Assembly: GCA_965217775.1 (NCBI GenBank)
Contig: CBDCJH010000002.1
Coordinates: 1,344,001-1,408,000 of the forward strand
DNA: 64,000 bases
Direction of reading: 5' to 3'
Origin: Acidobacteriota bacterium
GTDB taxonomy: Bacteria > Acidobacteriota > UBA6911 > RPQK01 > JAJDTT01
In this document: one piece after another, positions 35,302 to 46,108 of the stretch
How the letters are laid out: the number at the start of each line of letters is the position of its first letter
How positions within the stretch are numbered: position 1 is the first letter of the stretch
Position numbers and translations under genes: made by a program
The notes under the pieces: model-generated
Told to the model about the DNA's origin: nothing
Databases searched by the model: none
What the model saw: the letters and a program-made list of their open reading frames with translations, nothing else

Positions 35302-37680
35302 CTATCGCTCCAGGACCATGGCCTTCCGGACCAATTGGACGAACTCGCCTCTGTGGCCGTGAGGATCGTCTCCGGTGGAGTCCCGGGCCCAATCCAGGAC
35401 TTCTTGCAGTGTGGCGGTTCCCCGGTGAGGCGAGTCGCGAAGAATCATGCCGAAGGCGGCCACGGCGGAGGCGAACCGGAAATCGGGCAAGGCTTCCTTG
35501 AAGCCGGCGGCGGACCCGGTGTGAGTGAACTCCAATAGCCGGCTCTCGGCCTGATCGGGCGGCTTGTAGCGGATCTTCAGCGTGAGCCACTCATTGGCAT
35601 TGCCGGCCCGATTCGGTTCAGGAGGAGTCTGATATTTGAGGGGATCGACGCCGGCAACCGGATACGCGGTCCCGGCGGGAACGATCTCGTACAGGACAGT
35701 CACCTGGTGGCCGGCTCCGATCTCACCGCCGTCCCGGCTGTCGTCGTTGAACTCCTCGTCGCGTAACGCCCGGTTCTCGTAACCGATCAGACGGTAGGAA
35801 TCGACCCGGGCCGGATTGAACTCGATCTGGATCTTGGCGTCCTTGGCGACGGTGACCAGAGTCGCTCCCATTTCCCGGACCAACACCTTCCGCGCCTCCT
35901 CCAAGCTGTCGAGATAGGAGAAGTTGCCGTTTCCCCGGTTGGCCAGGGACTCGAGGACGGCGTCCTTGTAGTTGCCCGTTCCGAGACCGAGAACGCTCAG
36001 GAAGATTCCACTGCGGGACTGCTTCCGGATCAATCGGATCAGGCTTCCCTCATCCGTCATGCCCAGGTTGAAGTCCCCGTCCGTGGCCAGGATCACCCGG
36101 TTGGTTCCGCCGGGGATGAAGTGGGCCGCGGCGGTAGCGTAAGCGTCGCGGATTCCAGCCTCCCCGTTGGTGGGACCGCCGGCCATGATGTACTCCAAGG
36201 CTCGGAATATTTCCTCTTTCCGATCACACGGCGTCGAGGGAAGGACCACCGCGGACTCTCCGGCGTAGGTGACGAAGGCGACCCGGTCCTTTTCCCCCAG
36301 GTTCTTGATCAGAAGCCTCATGGCCCGTTTCAAAAGAGGCAGCTTGTTGGCGGGCCGCATCGACCCGGAGACGTCCAGGAGGAACACGAGGTTGCTGGGA
36401 GGGCGCTGCGCGGGATCGATGGCCTCGGCTTGGATCCCGATGCGGAGCAGCAGATGTTCCTCCTTCCAGGGAGCCTGGGCCAGCTCCATGAGGGCGGAGA
36501 CGGGATGCTCTCCGCTGGGCGCGTCGTAGGCGTAAGAGAAGTAGTTGACCATCTCCTCGATGCGGACGCCATCCCTCGGAGGAAGCGAACCCTGGCGGAG
36601 AAAACGGCGGACGTTGGCGTAGGACGCCGTATCCACATCGATTCCAAAGGTGGAAAGGGGATTCCGGCTCACCTTCTGGAACGGGTTCTCCTCCTGATAG
36701 CGGTAGTCCTCGGTGCTGGACCGGCTGGGGACGGGTGCCGGTGCGGCCGGTAGCTCGTCGAGGCGGGCGCGCACCTCGACCATTGGCTGAAATGGAACCG
36801 ACGGTCCCAAACGCGACCTTCCGCGGTGAGGAAATCGCTCCCCAATGATTCCCCCGGGGAGCACCTGGGACTCGACGATCCTCGCTCCCGGGATTTTCCG
36901 AGCCTCAAGAACTCTCCCTTCAGGGTAGGCCGGGGGCTCGATTACTTTTGCTTTGGCATAGGAGATCCGGGAAGAACTGGATTCGGCGACTGAGGTCACC
37001 GTCTCCGCGGGTAGACCCATCTCAACAACGACGTCATGATCCGGCTCGGAGCGGGATGGCGACGCGGTAGGAGGATCAGCCGGTGCTGGAACTGCCGGGA
37101 GCGAGGACCCGGAGGTATCCTGGCGGGCGGAAGGCTCCGGTGAAACCTTCTCTACGACCGTGGGAACGCTTTGCACTGGTTCTTGCGGCGGTGCGACGGC
37201 AGCGGGACCGGGACTAGCCGTTTCATGGACTGTTGTTGTGAGTCCTGCCATGTCCGACGGGGCTTCGCCGGCGGGAGATGCTGGCTCCCGGAGACGGGCT
37301 GAGAGTGGTAACTCTTCCGTCTCCTGAAGGAAGAGGATCGCAGTGGAAACGACGACGGTTGCCGCGGCGGCCGTCGCCAGGCCCACGGGAAACCACCAGG
37401 ACCTGTTCCGAGGGCGACCCGATCGCCGCAGTTTCCACCAGCGTGGACGTTTGCCCAGATTGGCCAGTTGGTGGGGACTGAGGGAGGGAACAGGTTCCTG
37501 CTCCAACTCCAATCGGATCAGCTCCCCGGTGGCTCGCAGCGATTCCACTTCCCGTCTGAGTTCGGGAGACCCTCGCAACAGGGTCTCCACCGCCTCAATT
37601 TCCTTGGCGTCGGTCAGTTCCCCCAGGGCATAGGCCGTCAGTCTGGGGTCTTGGCCCGGATCTTGGGAATCTGTCTTCAT
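35302..37680 (-). CDS. Anti-sigma-like N-terminus + TM + Pro-rich linker + YfbK-type vWA/DUF3520
   Basis: 'RLTAYALGEL', TM segment, 'STFGIDVDTASY', MIDAS 'LDVSGSM', 'LATDGDFN', 'YRLIGYENR'. Confidence 0.85.
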   Translation of the reverse strand: MKTDSQDPGQDPRLTAYALGELTDAKEIEAVETLLRGSPELRREVESLRATGELIRLELEQEPVPSLSPHQLANLGKRPRWWKLRRSGRPRNRSWWFPVGLATAAAATVVVSTAILFLQETEELPLSARLREPASPAGEAPSDMAGLTTTVHETASPGPAAVAPPQEPVQSVPTVVEKVSPEPSARQDTSGSSLPAVPAPADPPTASPSRSEPDHDVVVEMGLPAETVTSVAESSSSRISYAKAKVIEPPAYPEGRVLEARKIPGARIVESQVLPGGIIGERFPHRGRSRLGPSVPFQPMVEVRARLDELPAAPAPVPSRSSTEDYRYQEENPFQKVSRNPLSTFGIDVDTASYANVRRFLRQGSLPPRDGVRIEEMVNYFSYAYDAPSGEHPVSALMELAQAPWKEEHLLLRIGIQAEAIDPAQRPPSNLVFLLDVSGSMRPANKLPLLKRAMRLLIKNLGEKDRVAFVTYAGESAVVLPSTPCDRKEEIFRALEYIMAGGPTNGEAGIRDAYATAAAHFIPGGTNRVILATDGDFNLGMTDEGSLIRLIRKQSRSGIFLSVLGLGTGNYKDAVLESLANRGNGNFSYLDSLEEARKVLVREMGATLVTVAKDAKIQIEFNPARVDSYRLIGYENRALRDEEFNDDSRDGGEIGAGHQVTVLYEIVPAGTAYPVAGVDPLKYQTPPEPNRAGNANEWLTLKIRYKPPDQAESRLLEFTHTGSAAGFKEALPDFRFASAVAAFGMILRDSPHRGTATLQEVLDWARDSTGDDPHGHRGEFVQLVRKAMVLER

Positions 37681-38240
37681 CGAATCGTCCTCGAGGCTGC
37701 GGCGGCCGGCTCGGAGTGCCTCTCCAGCTCGGCGCGCACCTTTTTCACAGCGGTATGGATGAGATAACCGACGTTGCTCACCGAGATGCCGACGGTGGCG
37801 GCGATCTCCCGGTAGCTGAGTCCGTTCTGAAACTTCAGCCGCAACACCTCCTGCTCCCTGGGGGGCAGGCTCTCCAAGGCCAGGAGAACACGGCTCAGGG
37901 TCTCCTGCCGCTCCAACAATTGTGCGGGTCCGGGCGCAGCGCTGGCCGGTTCCAGGTTCCAGGTCCCCGTCATCCGGTTCATCCGATTCTCCTTGCGCAA
38001 CACGTCCAGGGCCCGGTTCCGGCAGACGGTGAAGAGCCACTGGGGCAAGTGTCCCTCGACCTTTTGCCTCTTCTGTTTCCAGAGGCGCAGAAAAGTGTCC
38101 TGGACCACATCCCGGGCGAGGTCCAGGTCACCGGTGAGGTGCGCGGCGTATCGGACCAGCGGACCCTGATAGGCATCCAGAACGGATCGCATCCAATCGG
38201 CCTCCTCCAGCGTTCGAGAATTGGTCCCGGAATTGGTCAT
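37677..38240 (-). CDS. ECF sigma-70 factor
   Basis: 'ARDVVQDTFLRLW', 'WLFTVCRNRALD', 'LSYREIA'. Confidence 0.92.
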   Translation of the reverse strand: MTNSGTNSRTLEEADWMRSVLDAYQGPLVRYAAHLTGDLDLARDVVQDTFLRLWKQKRQKVEGHLPQWLFTVCRNRALDVLRKENRMNRMTGTWNLEPASAAPGPAQLLERQETLSRVLLALESLPPREQEVLRLKFQNGLSYREIAATVGISVSNVGYLIHTAVKKVRAELERHSEPAAAASRTIR

Positions 38241-38280
38241 CCTCTATGAGGGTAACGCTCGAGTCGGGATTTTCTTAGGT

Positions 38281-38449
38281 CCTTAATCTCGAATTCTGGT
38301 GCAAATTGACGAAGAATCTTTGGTAGGAGCACCCTTGTGGGTGCTCTCTTCGGTCCAAGGCGGAGAAAGACGGGGCCAGACGAAGAGTCGGCGGCTGGAA
38401 AGCCTCCGCTCCGGCAAAGAAATTATGGTTCCGGCTACAGTGGGTTAGG
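38281..38449 (+). repeat. REP-containing dispersed repeat, copy B
   Basis: CCTTAATCTCGAATTCT...GGTTCCGGCTACAGTGGGTTAGG. Confidence 0.8.
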
Positions 38450-38488
38450 AAAATGCGGCTAAACGACGTCTTGCGGAGGCGGCCGCAA

Positions 38489-38965
38489 TCAGTGACCGGT
38501 CCGGCCCTGCAGGAGGTCCACCGCGTGGGGTAGCAATTTGAGGACCGCTTCCAGAGATTCGACGGCCCCCTTGGGGCTGCCGGGGAGACAGAGGATCAGG
38601 GTCTGGCGGCGAGCTCCGGCCAGGGAGCGGGACAGGGCGGCAAAGGGAGTCTTCTTCAGGCCCTCCAGGCGCATGAGTTCCGCCAGGCCCGAGGCCTCTT
38701 TGGCCAGAAGAGGCCGCACTGCCTCCGGTGTGACGTCTCTGGGACCGAGTCCGGTTCCACCCGTCGTGACCAGGAGGTTGGTGTCGCCGGAGTCGCTGCA
38801 AGCGAGAACCTGTTCCTGAATGTCGGTCATCTCATCCGGGACGATGCGGTTCGCGGTCACTTCCCATCCCGCCGCCCGGAGCTGCTTCGCCAGAGCCTGT
38901 CCGGAAAGATCGGGCCTGTGGCCGTGAAAGCACCCGTCGCTGATGGTCAAAACGACGGCCTTCAT
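38489..38965 (-). CDS. mog: Molybdopterin adenylyltransferase (MogA/MoaB family)
   Basis: 'VLTISD', '[16 protein letters not shown]', 'LPGSPKG'. Confidence 0.9.
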   Translation of the reverse strand: MKAVVLTISDGCFHGHRPDLSGQALAKQLRAAGWEVTANRIVPDEMTDIQEQVLACSDSGDTNLLVTTGGTGLGPRDVTPEAVRPLLAKEASGLAELMRLEGLKKTPFAALSRSLAGARRQTLILCLPGSPKGAVESLEAVLKLLPHAVDLLQGRTGH

Positions 38966-39375
38966 GCGCCGTAACCCTCAATCCAGACCTCTCCGTCCTC
39001 GTAATGTTCCTGCTTCCAGATGGGGACCGAGGTCTTCAGCGTGTCGATGGCGAACCGGCAGGCCTCGAACGCGTCCGCTCGATGGGCCGAAGCGACGGCG
39101 ATGAAGACGCTGCTCTCTCCGATCTCGAGTCGCCCCGTTCGATGGACGATGGCCAATCCCTGAAGCGGCCATCTCTCCAGGGCCTGCTCGCGGATCTTGG
39201 CCATCTCGGTCTTGGCCATTTCCGGGTAGGCCTCGTAGAAGAGATGGGTGACCGACTTGCCCCGGGCGTGATCGCGAACGATTCCGTCGAAGGTGACCAC
39301 CGCACCCGCCTTGGGAGAAGCGACGGTGCGGACGACCTGGTCCCGATCGATGGGAGTCGTGACGAGCTCGATCAC
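38962..39375 (-). CDS. moaE: Molybdopterin synthase catalytic subunit
   Basis: '[11 protein letters not shown]', 'YEAY', 'HRTG', 'SAHRADAF', 'PIWKQE'; GTG start. Confidence 0.92.
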   Translation of the reverse strand: MIELVTTPIDRDQVVRTVASPKAGAVVTFDGIVRDHARGKSVTHLFYEAYPEMAKTEMAKIREQALERWPLQGLAIVHRTGRLEIGESSVFIAVASAHRADAFEACRFAIDTLKTSVPIWKQEHYEDGEVWIEGYGA

Positions 39376-39626
39376 GCGGCTCCTCCGCTGACAGGGGGGA
39401 AGAAGGCGATCTCGTCCCCTGACGAAACCTCCTGTTCCCAATCCGTGTATTCCTGGTTGACGGCTACCAGGAGCGCCTTGCGATAGCGCTCCAGGCCCGG
39501 ATACTGGTGCACCAACCGGCGGAAGACTTGGCGCGCCGTGTTGCCCGGAGGGATCGAGTCGAGGAGTATTTCGGACTGGCCCACGACGTCCCGGAGAGAG
39601 GCGAACAAGCAGATCTTGACGACCAC
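39372..39626 (-). CDS. moaD: Molybdopterin synthase sulfur carrier
   Basis: 'LFASLRD', 'AVNQEY', 'FFPPVSGG' followed by AA. Confidence 0.9.
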   Translation of the reverse strand: MVVKICLFASLRDVVGQSEILLDSIPPGNTARQVFRRLVHQYPGLERYRKALLVAVNQEYTDWEQEVSSGDEIAFFPPVSGGAA

Positions 39627-39805
39627 GGAAGCAGTATAGCAGCCGCACCTTAAGCCGGGGATGAGCGTCAGGAAAGACCTGAAAAGGGCACTGAACGCTC
39701 TCGTGAAGATACCCCTTCAGTCGCCTTTCCTCTACTTCAGCAGGATCCGGACCCGACCGGATATCTTGGCGACTTTCGCCTGGGACTGATAAGATCGCTG
39801 GTCTG

Positions 39806-41113
39806 ATGAAGAGGGCGCTGGGCCTGCTATTGCTCCTCTCGACACCCGTTGTGCAAGCGGAAATCCTAAAGGTCGAGATCGACGGGCCCATCGATCCCAT
39901 CACCTCCGAATTCATCACTTCCGCCATCGACCAGGCAGAGGCTTCGAATGCCGAATTCCTCTTGATCCGTCTGGCCACGCCGGGCGGCCTGGGCATCTCC
40001 ATGCAGGAGATCATCCAGAGCATCCTGAACTCGCAGGTTCCCGTCGTCTGCTTCGTAGCTCCCCAGGGCGCCCGCGCGGCGTCTGCGGGCTTCTTCATCC
40101 TGCTCTCGGCCGATGTCGCCGTCATGGCTCCCGGAACCAATACGGGGGCGGCGCATCCCGTGTTCCCCTTCGGCATGGAGAACAAGATCATGCTGGAGAA
40201 GGTGAAAAACGACGCCGTGGCCGGTTTGAGGGCGATCGTCCAACAGCGGAAGCGCAACTACGATCTGGCCGAGAAGGGGGTCCTGGAGAGCAAGTCCTAT
40301 ACCGCCCGAGAAGCGCTGGAGGGCGGCCTCATCGACTTGGTGGAGGATAACGAGAGCGCACTGATGGCGACGCTGCAGGGAAGGCAGATCCAGCGTTTCT
40401 CCGGAGCCTCGCAGGTTCTGACGACCGAAGGACAGGATATTCGGGTCGTCGAGATGACGTTCCGCCAGAAGATTCTCAGTTCCATCGCCAATCCGAACGT
40501 TGCTCTCATCCTGGGCGTGATCGGCCTGTTGGGTCTCTACCTGGAGTTTTCGAACCCGGGCCTGATTCTCCCGGGCGTATTGGGAGGGATCAGCCTGCTT
40601 CTGGCTCTTCTCGGATTCTCGTTGCTTCCGGTGAACTACATCGGGATTCTACTCATCCTCCTGGCCCTGGGTCTGTTCGTGGCCGAGGTCACGGTCCAGG
40701 GATTCGGGATTCTGGGCGCCGGAGGAACCGTCGCTATGCTTTTGGGCATCCTGTTTTTGGTGGACTCCCCCTTTCCCGAGCTCCGAATCAGCTTCGGGTT
40801 GGCCTTGGCGGTCGCCATTCCCTTCGCCTTGATTGCCATCCTTCTGCTGCACCTGACCGTGAAGTCGGTGCGATTGAAAGTCACGACCGGGACGCGGGGT
40901 ATGGTGGGAAGTTTTGGCGTGGCTCAGACCCCCATCGAGGCGGATGAAGGTCGAGTTCTGGTTTTGGGAGAACGATGGAAGGCCGTGTCGGCGACATCCA
41001 TTCCCCAAGGGACCAGAGTCAAGGTGGTGGGGGCCAAGAATCTGGTCCTGGTCGTTGAGCCCTACGCCGGGTCGGGAGTATCTTTGGCGATGGCTACTGA
41101 GGAAGAGGGTTGA
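39806..41113 (+). CDS. nfeD: NfeD membrane-bound serine protease
   Basis: 'TPGG', 'RAASAG', 'APGTNTGAAHP', TM bundle, C-terminal OB domain. Confidence 0.9.
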   Translation: MKRALGLLLLLSTPVVQAEILKVEIDGPIDPITSEFITSAIDQAEASNAEFLLIRLATPGGLGISMQEIIQSILNSQVPVVCFVAPQGARAASAGFFILLSADVAVMAPGTNTGAAHPVFPFGMENKIMLEKVKNDAVAGLRAIVQQRKRNYDLAEKGVLESKSYTAREALEGGLIDLVEDNESALMATLQGRQIQRFSGASQVLTTEGQDIRVVEMTFRQKILSSIANPNVALILGVIGLLGLYLEFSNPGLILPGVLGGISLLLALLGFSLLPVNYIGILLILLALGLFVAEVTVQGFGILGAGGTVAMLLGILFLVDSPFPELRISFGLALAVAIPFALIAILLLHLTVKSVRLKVTTGTRGMVGSFGVAQTPIEADEGRVLVLGERWKAVSATSIPQGTRVKVVGAKNLVLVVEPYAGSGVSLAMATEEEG

Positions 41114-41173
41114 CCGACCCGAATCGATTTATCCGAATTCAGTGCGGGTCTTCCCGCGACAGTGGAGGTTTCC

Positions 41174-41971
41174 ATGTTTGACGCTATTCCATTTTCGACA
41201 ATAGTGCTGGTTGGCATCGGCATTCTCTATGCCCTCTCGGTCGTCAATGTTTTGAGGGAGTATGAGCGAGGAGTCATCTTCCGTCTCGGAAGACTCCTGC
41301 CCGAGTCGAAAGGCCCCGGATTGATCCTGGTTTTCTGGCCCATCGACCGCATGGAGCGGATCAGTCTGAGGATGGTGGCCATGGACGTCCCGGCCCAGGA
41401 CGTCATTACCATGGACAACGTCTCGGTCAAGGTCAACGCCATCGTCTATTTTCGAGTCATCGAGCCCAACAGCGCAGTCGTGTCCGTGGAGAACTACCTG
41501 TACGCCACCTCCCAGCTCGCCCAGACGACCCTGCGCTCGGTCCTGGGCCAAGTCGAGTTGGATGGCTTGCTGAGCAAACGGGAAGAGCTCAACGATCGGC
41601 TGCAGTCGATCCTGGATCAACATACGGATCCCTGGGGAATCAAGGTTTCCCTGGTCGAGATCAAGACCGTGGATCTTCCGGCGGAAATGCAACGGGCCAT
41701 GGCCCGGCAGGCTGAAGCCGAGCGGGAACGGAGAGCCAAGATCATCCATGCCGAAGGTGAGTTCCAGGCGGCGGCACGCCTGCGGGAAGCGGGCGCCACC
41801 CTTTCCACGGAGCCGGTGTCGCTGCAGCTGCGTTATCTGTCGACTCTCTCTGAGATCGCCACCGAGCAGAATTCCACCATCGTATTCCCCCTTCCGATGG
41901 ACCTCCTGTCTCCCCTGATGCAGATGGCCAAGAAGGCCGGGGGTCAGAGTGGCGGTGATTCCGAAGCTTGA
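41174..41971 (+). CDS. Stomatin/slipin SPFH-domain protein
   Basis: '[12 protein letters not shown]', '[10 protein letters not shown]', '[17 protein letters not shown]', 'LQLRYL'. Confidence 0.93.
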   Translation: MFDAIPFSTIVLVGIGILYALSVVNVLREYERGVIFRLGRLLPESKGPGLILVFWPIDRMERISLRMVAMDVPAQDVITMDNVSVKVNAIVYFRVIEPNSAVVSVENYLYATSQLAQTTLRSVLGQVELDGLLSKREELNDRLQSILDQHTDPWGIKVSLVEIKTVDLPAEMQRAMARQAEAERERRAKIIHAEGEFQAAARLREAGATLSTEPVSLQLRYLSTLSEIATEQNSTIVFPLPMDLLSPLMQMAKKAGGQSGGDSEA

Positions 41972-42509
41972 TTGGAGAGAGATAGTTCATCTTTATGGGC
42001 TGACTCTCCTGACAGTAACTGGATTCTTCCTCCTCGGCCTCTACGTGGGGCGCAGTTTCCCTGTCGAGGTGGAGCCGACGCGTTTGACGGCACCGGCAGG
42101 GATCGGCTCCTCCGGTTCCGAAACGAAGCCTCGGTTGGAGTTCTACGGGCGTCTGAATGACCCGACGACCCGGGGTGCGGATGCACCCGGCGCCAAGACT
42201 TCTCCCCTTCCGATACCGGACGCAACGGGCGCCGGCGCCCTGAGCAACGCGCATGTCCCGCCATCAGGCGCAGGCCGTTTCACCGTTCAGATTGCCGCCA
42301 TGGAGCGGGAAGCGGAGGCGCGGAAGGAGTTGATGCGAGTTCAGTCCCGGGGATACTTGGCCGAGATACGCCGCCTGGGGACAAACGATCGTTACTATCG
42401 GGTCTGGGTCGGAGACTTCCCCACCAAGGAGCAAGCCGACCATTTGGCCGACCGATTGTACGAAGACGGGTTTCCTACGTTCGTGCGAAGCATGTCCGAT
42501 TCCCCATGA
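41955..42509 (+). CDS. SPOR-domain cell-division protein
   Basis: N-terminal TM, 'FTVQIAA...YYRVWVGDF'; start uncertain. Confidence 0.8.
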   Translation: MIPKLDWREIVHLYGLTLLTVTGFFLLGLYVGRSFPVEVEPTRLTAPAGIGSSGSETKPRLEFYGRLNDPTTRGADAPGAKTSPLPIPDATGAGALSNAHVPPSGAGRFTVQIAAMEREAEARKELMRVQSRGYLAEIRRLGTNDRYYRVWVGDFPTKEQADHLADRLYEDGFPTFVRSMSDSP

Positions 42510-43996
42510 AAGGCCGGACTCTGCGTCCGCTGGTCTCCGGGATCGGGATCTGTCTGGCCTTCCCCGGATTTTCTCTCTACCCCCTGGCGTGGGTCGCGCT
42601 GGCGCCCTACCTGCAATTTCTCCTGGAGACCAGCTCCCGGCGGCGGGTTCTGGCGGGACATCTGATCTTCTCGTCCCTCTATTTCGGCGGAGTCCTCTAC
42701 TGGATTCCGCGTGTCCTGGTCGAGTACGGCAATCTGGACTGGTTCACGTCCGCTCTCATCTTCGGGCTCATGGTCCTGGTGCTGGATCTGTTCCTGCTTC
42801 CTTTTTCCCTCCTGACGCACGCCGTGGCCCGAAAGTCCGCAAGCATCGCTCTATGGTCCGCCCCTGGCCTTTGGATCTTGACCGAGCTGCTGCGTAACTA
42901 CTACACCGTAAACGGATTTCCCTGGGCGTTGGTGGGCCAGACCCAATTCCCCTACCGCTGGATCGTCCAGGCGGCGGATCTGAGCGGCGTCTACCTGATC
43001 TCGTTTCTGGTGCTGCTGGGGAATGCAGCTCTCGTGGCGCTGTTTCGATACGGGAGTTGGAGAATTCCGATCGTTTTCGCAATCTGCTTCACGGGAGCCA
43101 ATTTGTATGGGTTGTACCGTTGCCATTTTTGGACTCCGCCCCCCGGTCCGAATCTACGCGTCGCGCTGGTGCAGCCCAATGTCGGGCTCTTTGCCGATCG
43201 CCGGCACTATGCCGAGAAATACTTCGATGAGCTTCCCCGGCACTATCGGAAGGCGGTTGAAGAAGGCGTCGACTGGGTGATCTTCCCGGAGGCCCAGAAC
43301 CCGTACCTGCTTCAGACGAACTCCGAATTTCGGGCATTCTGGCAACGTCAGGTCCGGACGGCGGGGGTCCCCCTGCTGCTGAATGTCACCTCGATCGAAC
43401 CGCCTCCCTCCACCCGCTATTTCAACAGCGCCTATCTCCTGGAGGGCGGGGAAGCGGTCTCCTACCGCTACGACAAGATTCACCTGGTTCCCTTCGGGGA
43501 GTACGTTCCGATGGCGGAGTGGCTTGCATTCGCCACACCCCTGGTTCAGGAGGTGGGCGGGTTCCATCCGGGGCGGGAATATGTCCTGGGTCAGGTCTCC
43601 GGAGTCCGGTTTGCGACGCTGATCTGCTTCGAGGGGATTTTCCCCGAGTTGGCGCGAGACTTTGTCCGGAACGGGGCGGAAGTCCTGGTCAACATCACCA
43701 ACGACACCTGGTACGGCGCGACGGCGGCTCCAATGCAACACTTTCAGTTCGGGGCCTTTCGAGCCATTGAACAGCGCCGTCCCCTGCTGCGCTGTGCCAA
43801 CAGCGGGTACTCGGCCCACATCGACGCCACGGGCGCCGTTCGAAGCCGGACCGATCTCTTCGAGGAGGGACTGCTGGTGGACACGGTTCATTCGAGTTCC
43901 TACCGGTCCGTTTACTCCCGGGTGGGGGAATGGATTAATATGTTTCTGGTCGGTTTGGCGCTTCTCGGTCTATTCTTTCCTCGGAGACGGCGATAA
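42506..43996 (+). CDS. lnt: Apolipoprotein N-acyltransferase
   Basis: 'GFPW', 'VQPN', 'FPE', 'YDKIHLVPFGEYVP', 'ICFE', 'NITNDTWY'. Confidence 0.93.
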   Translation: MKGRTLRPLVSGIGICLAFPGFSLYPLAWVALAPYLQFLLETSSRRRVLAGHLIFSSLYFGGVLYWIPRVLVEYGNLDWFTSALIFGLMVLVLDLFLLPFSLLTHAVARKSASIALWSAPGLWILTELLRNYYTVNGFPWALVGQTQFPYRWIVQAADLSGVYLISFLVLLGNAALVALFRYGSWRIPIVFAICFTGANLYGLYRCHFWTPPPGPNLRVALVQPNVGLFADRRHYAEKYFDELPRHYRKAVEEGVDWVIFPEAQNPYLLQTNSEFRAFWQRQVRTAGVPLLLNVTSIEPPPSTRYFNSAYLLEGGEAVSYRYDKIHLVPFGEYVPMAEWLAFATPLVQEVGGFHPGREYVLGQVSGVRFATLICFEGIFPELARDFVRNGAEVLVNITNDTWYGATAAPMQHFQFGAFRAIEQRRPLLRCANSGYSAHIDATGAVRSRTDLFEEGLLVDTVHSSSYRSVYSRVGEWINMFLVGLALLGLFFPRRRR

Positions 43997-44083
43997 GGCG
44001 TCGCCGCAAATTCTGATCGAACCGCACCGTCCGGAAAGCGCCATCGCCCGAATCCGTACGCCAGACATTGGGAGGCTGTAGCC

Positions 44084-45212
44084 ATGGACGATATTCAGGA
44101 ACGCTATCGGGATCTCAGGAACAGGATCGGCAACCTCTGGGAGTATCTTTGACGTCGAGGCCAAGGAAAAGGAATTGGGACAAATCGAGGAGGTGATCTC
44201 GGACCCGGCCTTCTGGACCCGGACCCAGGAGTCCCAACACGTTCTCCGCCGCCGCCGTTACTTGCACCGGAGCCTGGAATTATCCCGGAAGTGCGGGAAC
44301 GGTCTGGAGGACCTGGAGGTGTTGATGGAGCTGGGGAGGGAGGGGGAGGACGTCCTCGACGATATCCGGCAACAGGTGCGGGACCTCGAGGAACGGCTCT
44401 CCAAGGCCGAGTTGAACACGCTTCTCTCAGGCCGGGACGACGCCTGCAACGCCATCGTCACCATCCATCCGGGCGCCGGTGGCACCGAGAGTCAGGATTG
44501 GGCCCAGATGTTGATGCGCATGTACCTGAGATGGACCGAAAAGCGGGGCTACAAAACCCAGATCGTGGATTTTCAGGAGGGTGAGGAAGCCGGGATCAAG
44601 TCGGTGACGTTCCTGGCTCAAGGAGACTATGGGTACGGATACCTGTTGGGTGAGATCGGTGTCCATCGCCTGGTGCGAATCTCTCCTTACGATGCCGCGG
44701 CCAGGCGCCACACCTCGTTCGCCTCGGTCTTCGTCTCACCCGAGATCGACGACAGCGTGCAGGTTGTCATCGACGAGAAGGATCTCAAGATCGACACTTA
44801 CCGGTCCTCCGGTAGCGGCGGGCAGCACGTGAACGTCACGGATTCGGCCGTCCGCATCACCCATCTGCCGACGGGAATCGTCGTGCAATGCCAAAACGAA
44901 CGGTCGCAACACCGGAACAAGGACACGGCAATGAAGGTCCTCAGGGCCAAGCTCTACGACTACGAAATGGAAAAGAGACGGAAGGAACTGGATGAAGTCG
45001 AGGACTCCAAGGCCGATATCGCATGGGGCAGCCAGATTCGTTCGTACGTGCTGCACCCCTATCGTCTGGCCAAGGACCACCGGACCCGGATTGAGATCGG
45101 GGACGTGGATTCGGTACTGGACGGGGGAATCGATCGCTTCATCGAAGCCTTCTTGAAACGGCGCAGCCGAGAGAAGAGCCGGCGCGGAAGGATTACGAAT
45201 TCCGGATCTTGA
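44084..45212 (+). CDS. prfB: Peptide chain release factor 2 (programmed +1 frameshift at 44147-44153)
   Basis: ATG 44084 ... GGGAG TAT CTT TGA C, then +1 frame with 'GAGGTESQDW', 'ISPYD', 'GGQHVN'. Confidence 0.95.
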
Positions 45213-45217
45213 AGTCG

Positions 45218-45328
45218 GGGCGCCCTCTTCGGTCCAAAGCGGAGCAAGACGGGGCCCGAAGAAGAGTGGGCGGCTGGAAAGCCGCGGTTTCGGAGAAGAC
45301 AAGTTGGTTCTGGATATACTGGTTTAGG
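45218..45328 (+). repeat. REP-containing dispersed repeat, copy C (5'-truncated)
   Basis: GGGCGCCCTCTTCGGTCCAAAGCGGAGCAAGACGGGGCC...GGTTCTGGATATACTGGTTTAGG. Confidence 0.75.
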
Positions 45329-45336
45329 GATGTGTA

Positions 45337-46071
45337 GTGAAAGTAGAATCTGAACCTCCGGAGAACCCAATACCGGAGGAATCTCCGGAATCCCAAGATC
45401 AGGTCCCGGTCGAAGAGTTGCGGGAACAGGCCCGTAGACTCCGGGTGGCGGTTCGAAGGGACAGGACGGACGCGTCCGATCCATCCGATCCGTCCTTCCT
45501 CGGCAAGATCCTCTATCTGGTGTTCTTCATGGGGGTCATGGGAAGCACCATCTATCTCCTCATGTTCCCGTCCGTCCGACAGGAGTTGGTTCTTCAGGTT
45601 TCGGAACTGTGGATTGCGGCTGCCCGCGACGTCACCCGGTCCCATATCTATCGGCTGCCGCCCCCACCTCCCAAACCCGCCGACCAGAAGGTGGTCTTTC
45701 AGGCCCCGGTCCCGGTCGTGTCCGGTTCGAATGTGCCGGAGAGTGCAATAACCTCATCCGGGGCGACGCCTAGCGACGGTCCCCGCCAGGCCCAGGCTCT
45801 GAAAAAGACTCGAGACTCCGAGACGGCCTACGGGCTGCTCCTGAAACAGTCGGCCACCGCCAAGGATCTTACCGAGGGAAAGATTCCCGGACAGGCGTTC
45901 AAGGAGTGGAGATTGGTGAAAGACGATGTTCCCGTCTTGTGGATCGATCTCGTCGCGACCCCGGAGGCCGGTCCGGAAATCCACTTTATCTGGTCGGTGG
46001 ATCTGGAGAACCGAACCGTGACCGCATTGAGCCAGGCGGCACGAGACCTGGGGCAGCCCGAGTCCAATTGA
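45337..46071 (+). CDS. Hypothetical single-TM protein
   Basis: One TM segment, Pro-rich linker, small C-terminal domain. Confidence 0.6.
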   Translation: MKVESEPPENPIPEESPESQDQVPVEELREQARRLRVAVRRDRTDASDPSDPSFLGKILYLVFFMGVMGSTIYLLMFPSVRQELVLQVSELWIAAARDVTRSHIYRLPPPPPKPADQKVVFQAPVPVVSGSNVPESAITSSGATPSDGPRQAQALKKTRDSETAYGLLLKQSATAKDLTEGKIPGQAFKEWRLVKDDVPVLWIDLVATPEAGPEIHFIWSVDLENRTVTALSQAARDLGQPESN

Positions 46072-46108
46072 CCTTCACTGGTAGCCTGCGCCGCAGAAAT
46101 TGATCTAA

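Noticed and set aside
37681-38040. Apparent N-terminal extension of the vWA protein
   Set aside because: Off-frame overlap with the ECF sigma gene; the coupled start is at 37680.
39376-40257. 431-aa MoaE with a long N-terminal extension
   Set aside because: The extension overlaps moaD and antisense nfeD; the MoaE domain starts at 39375.
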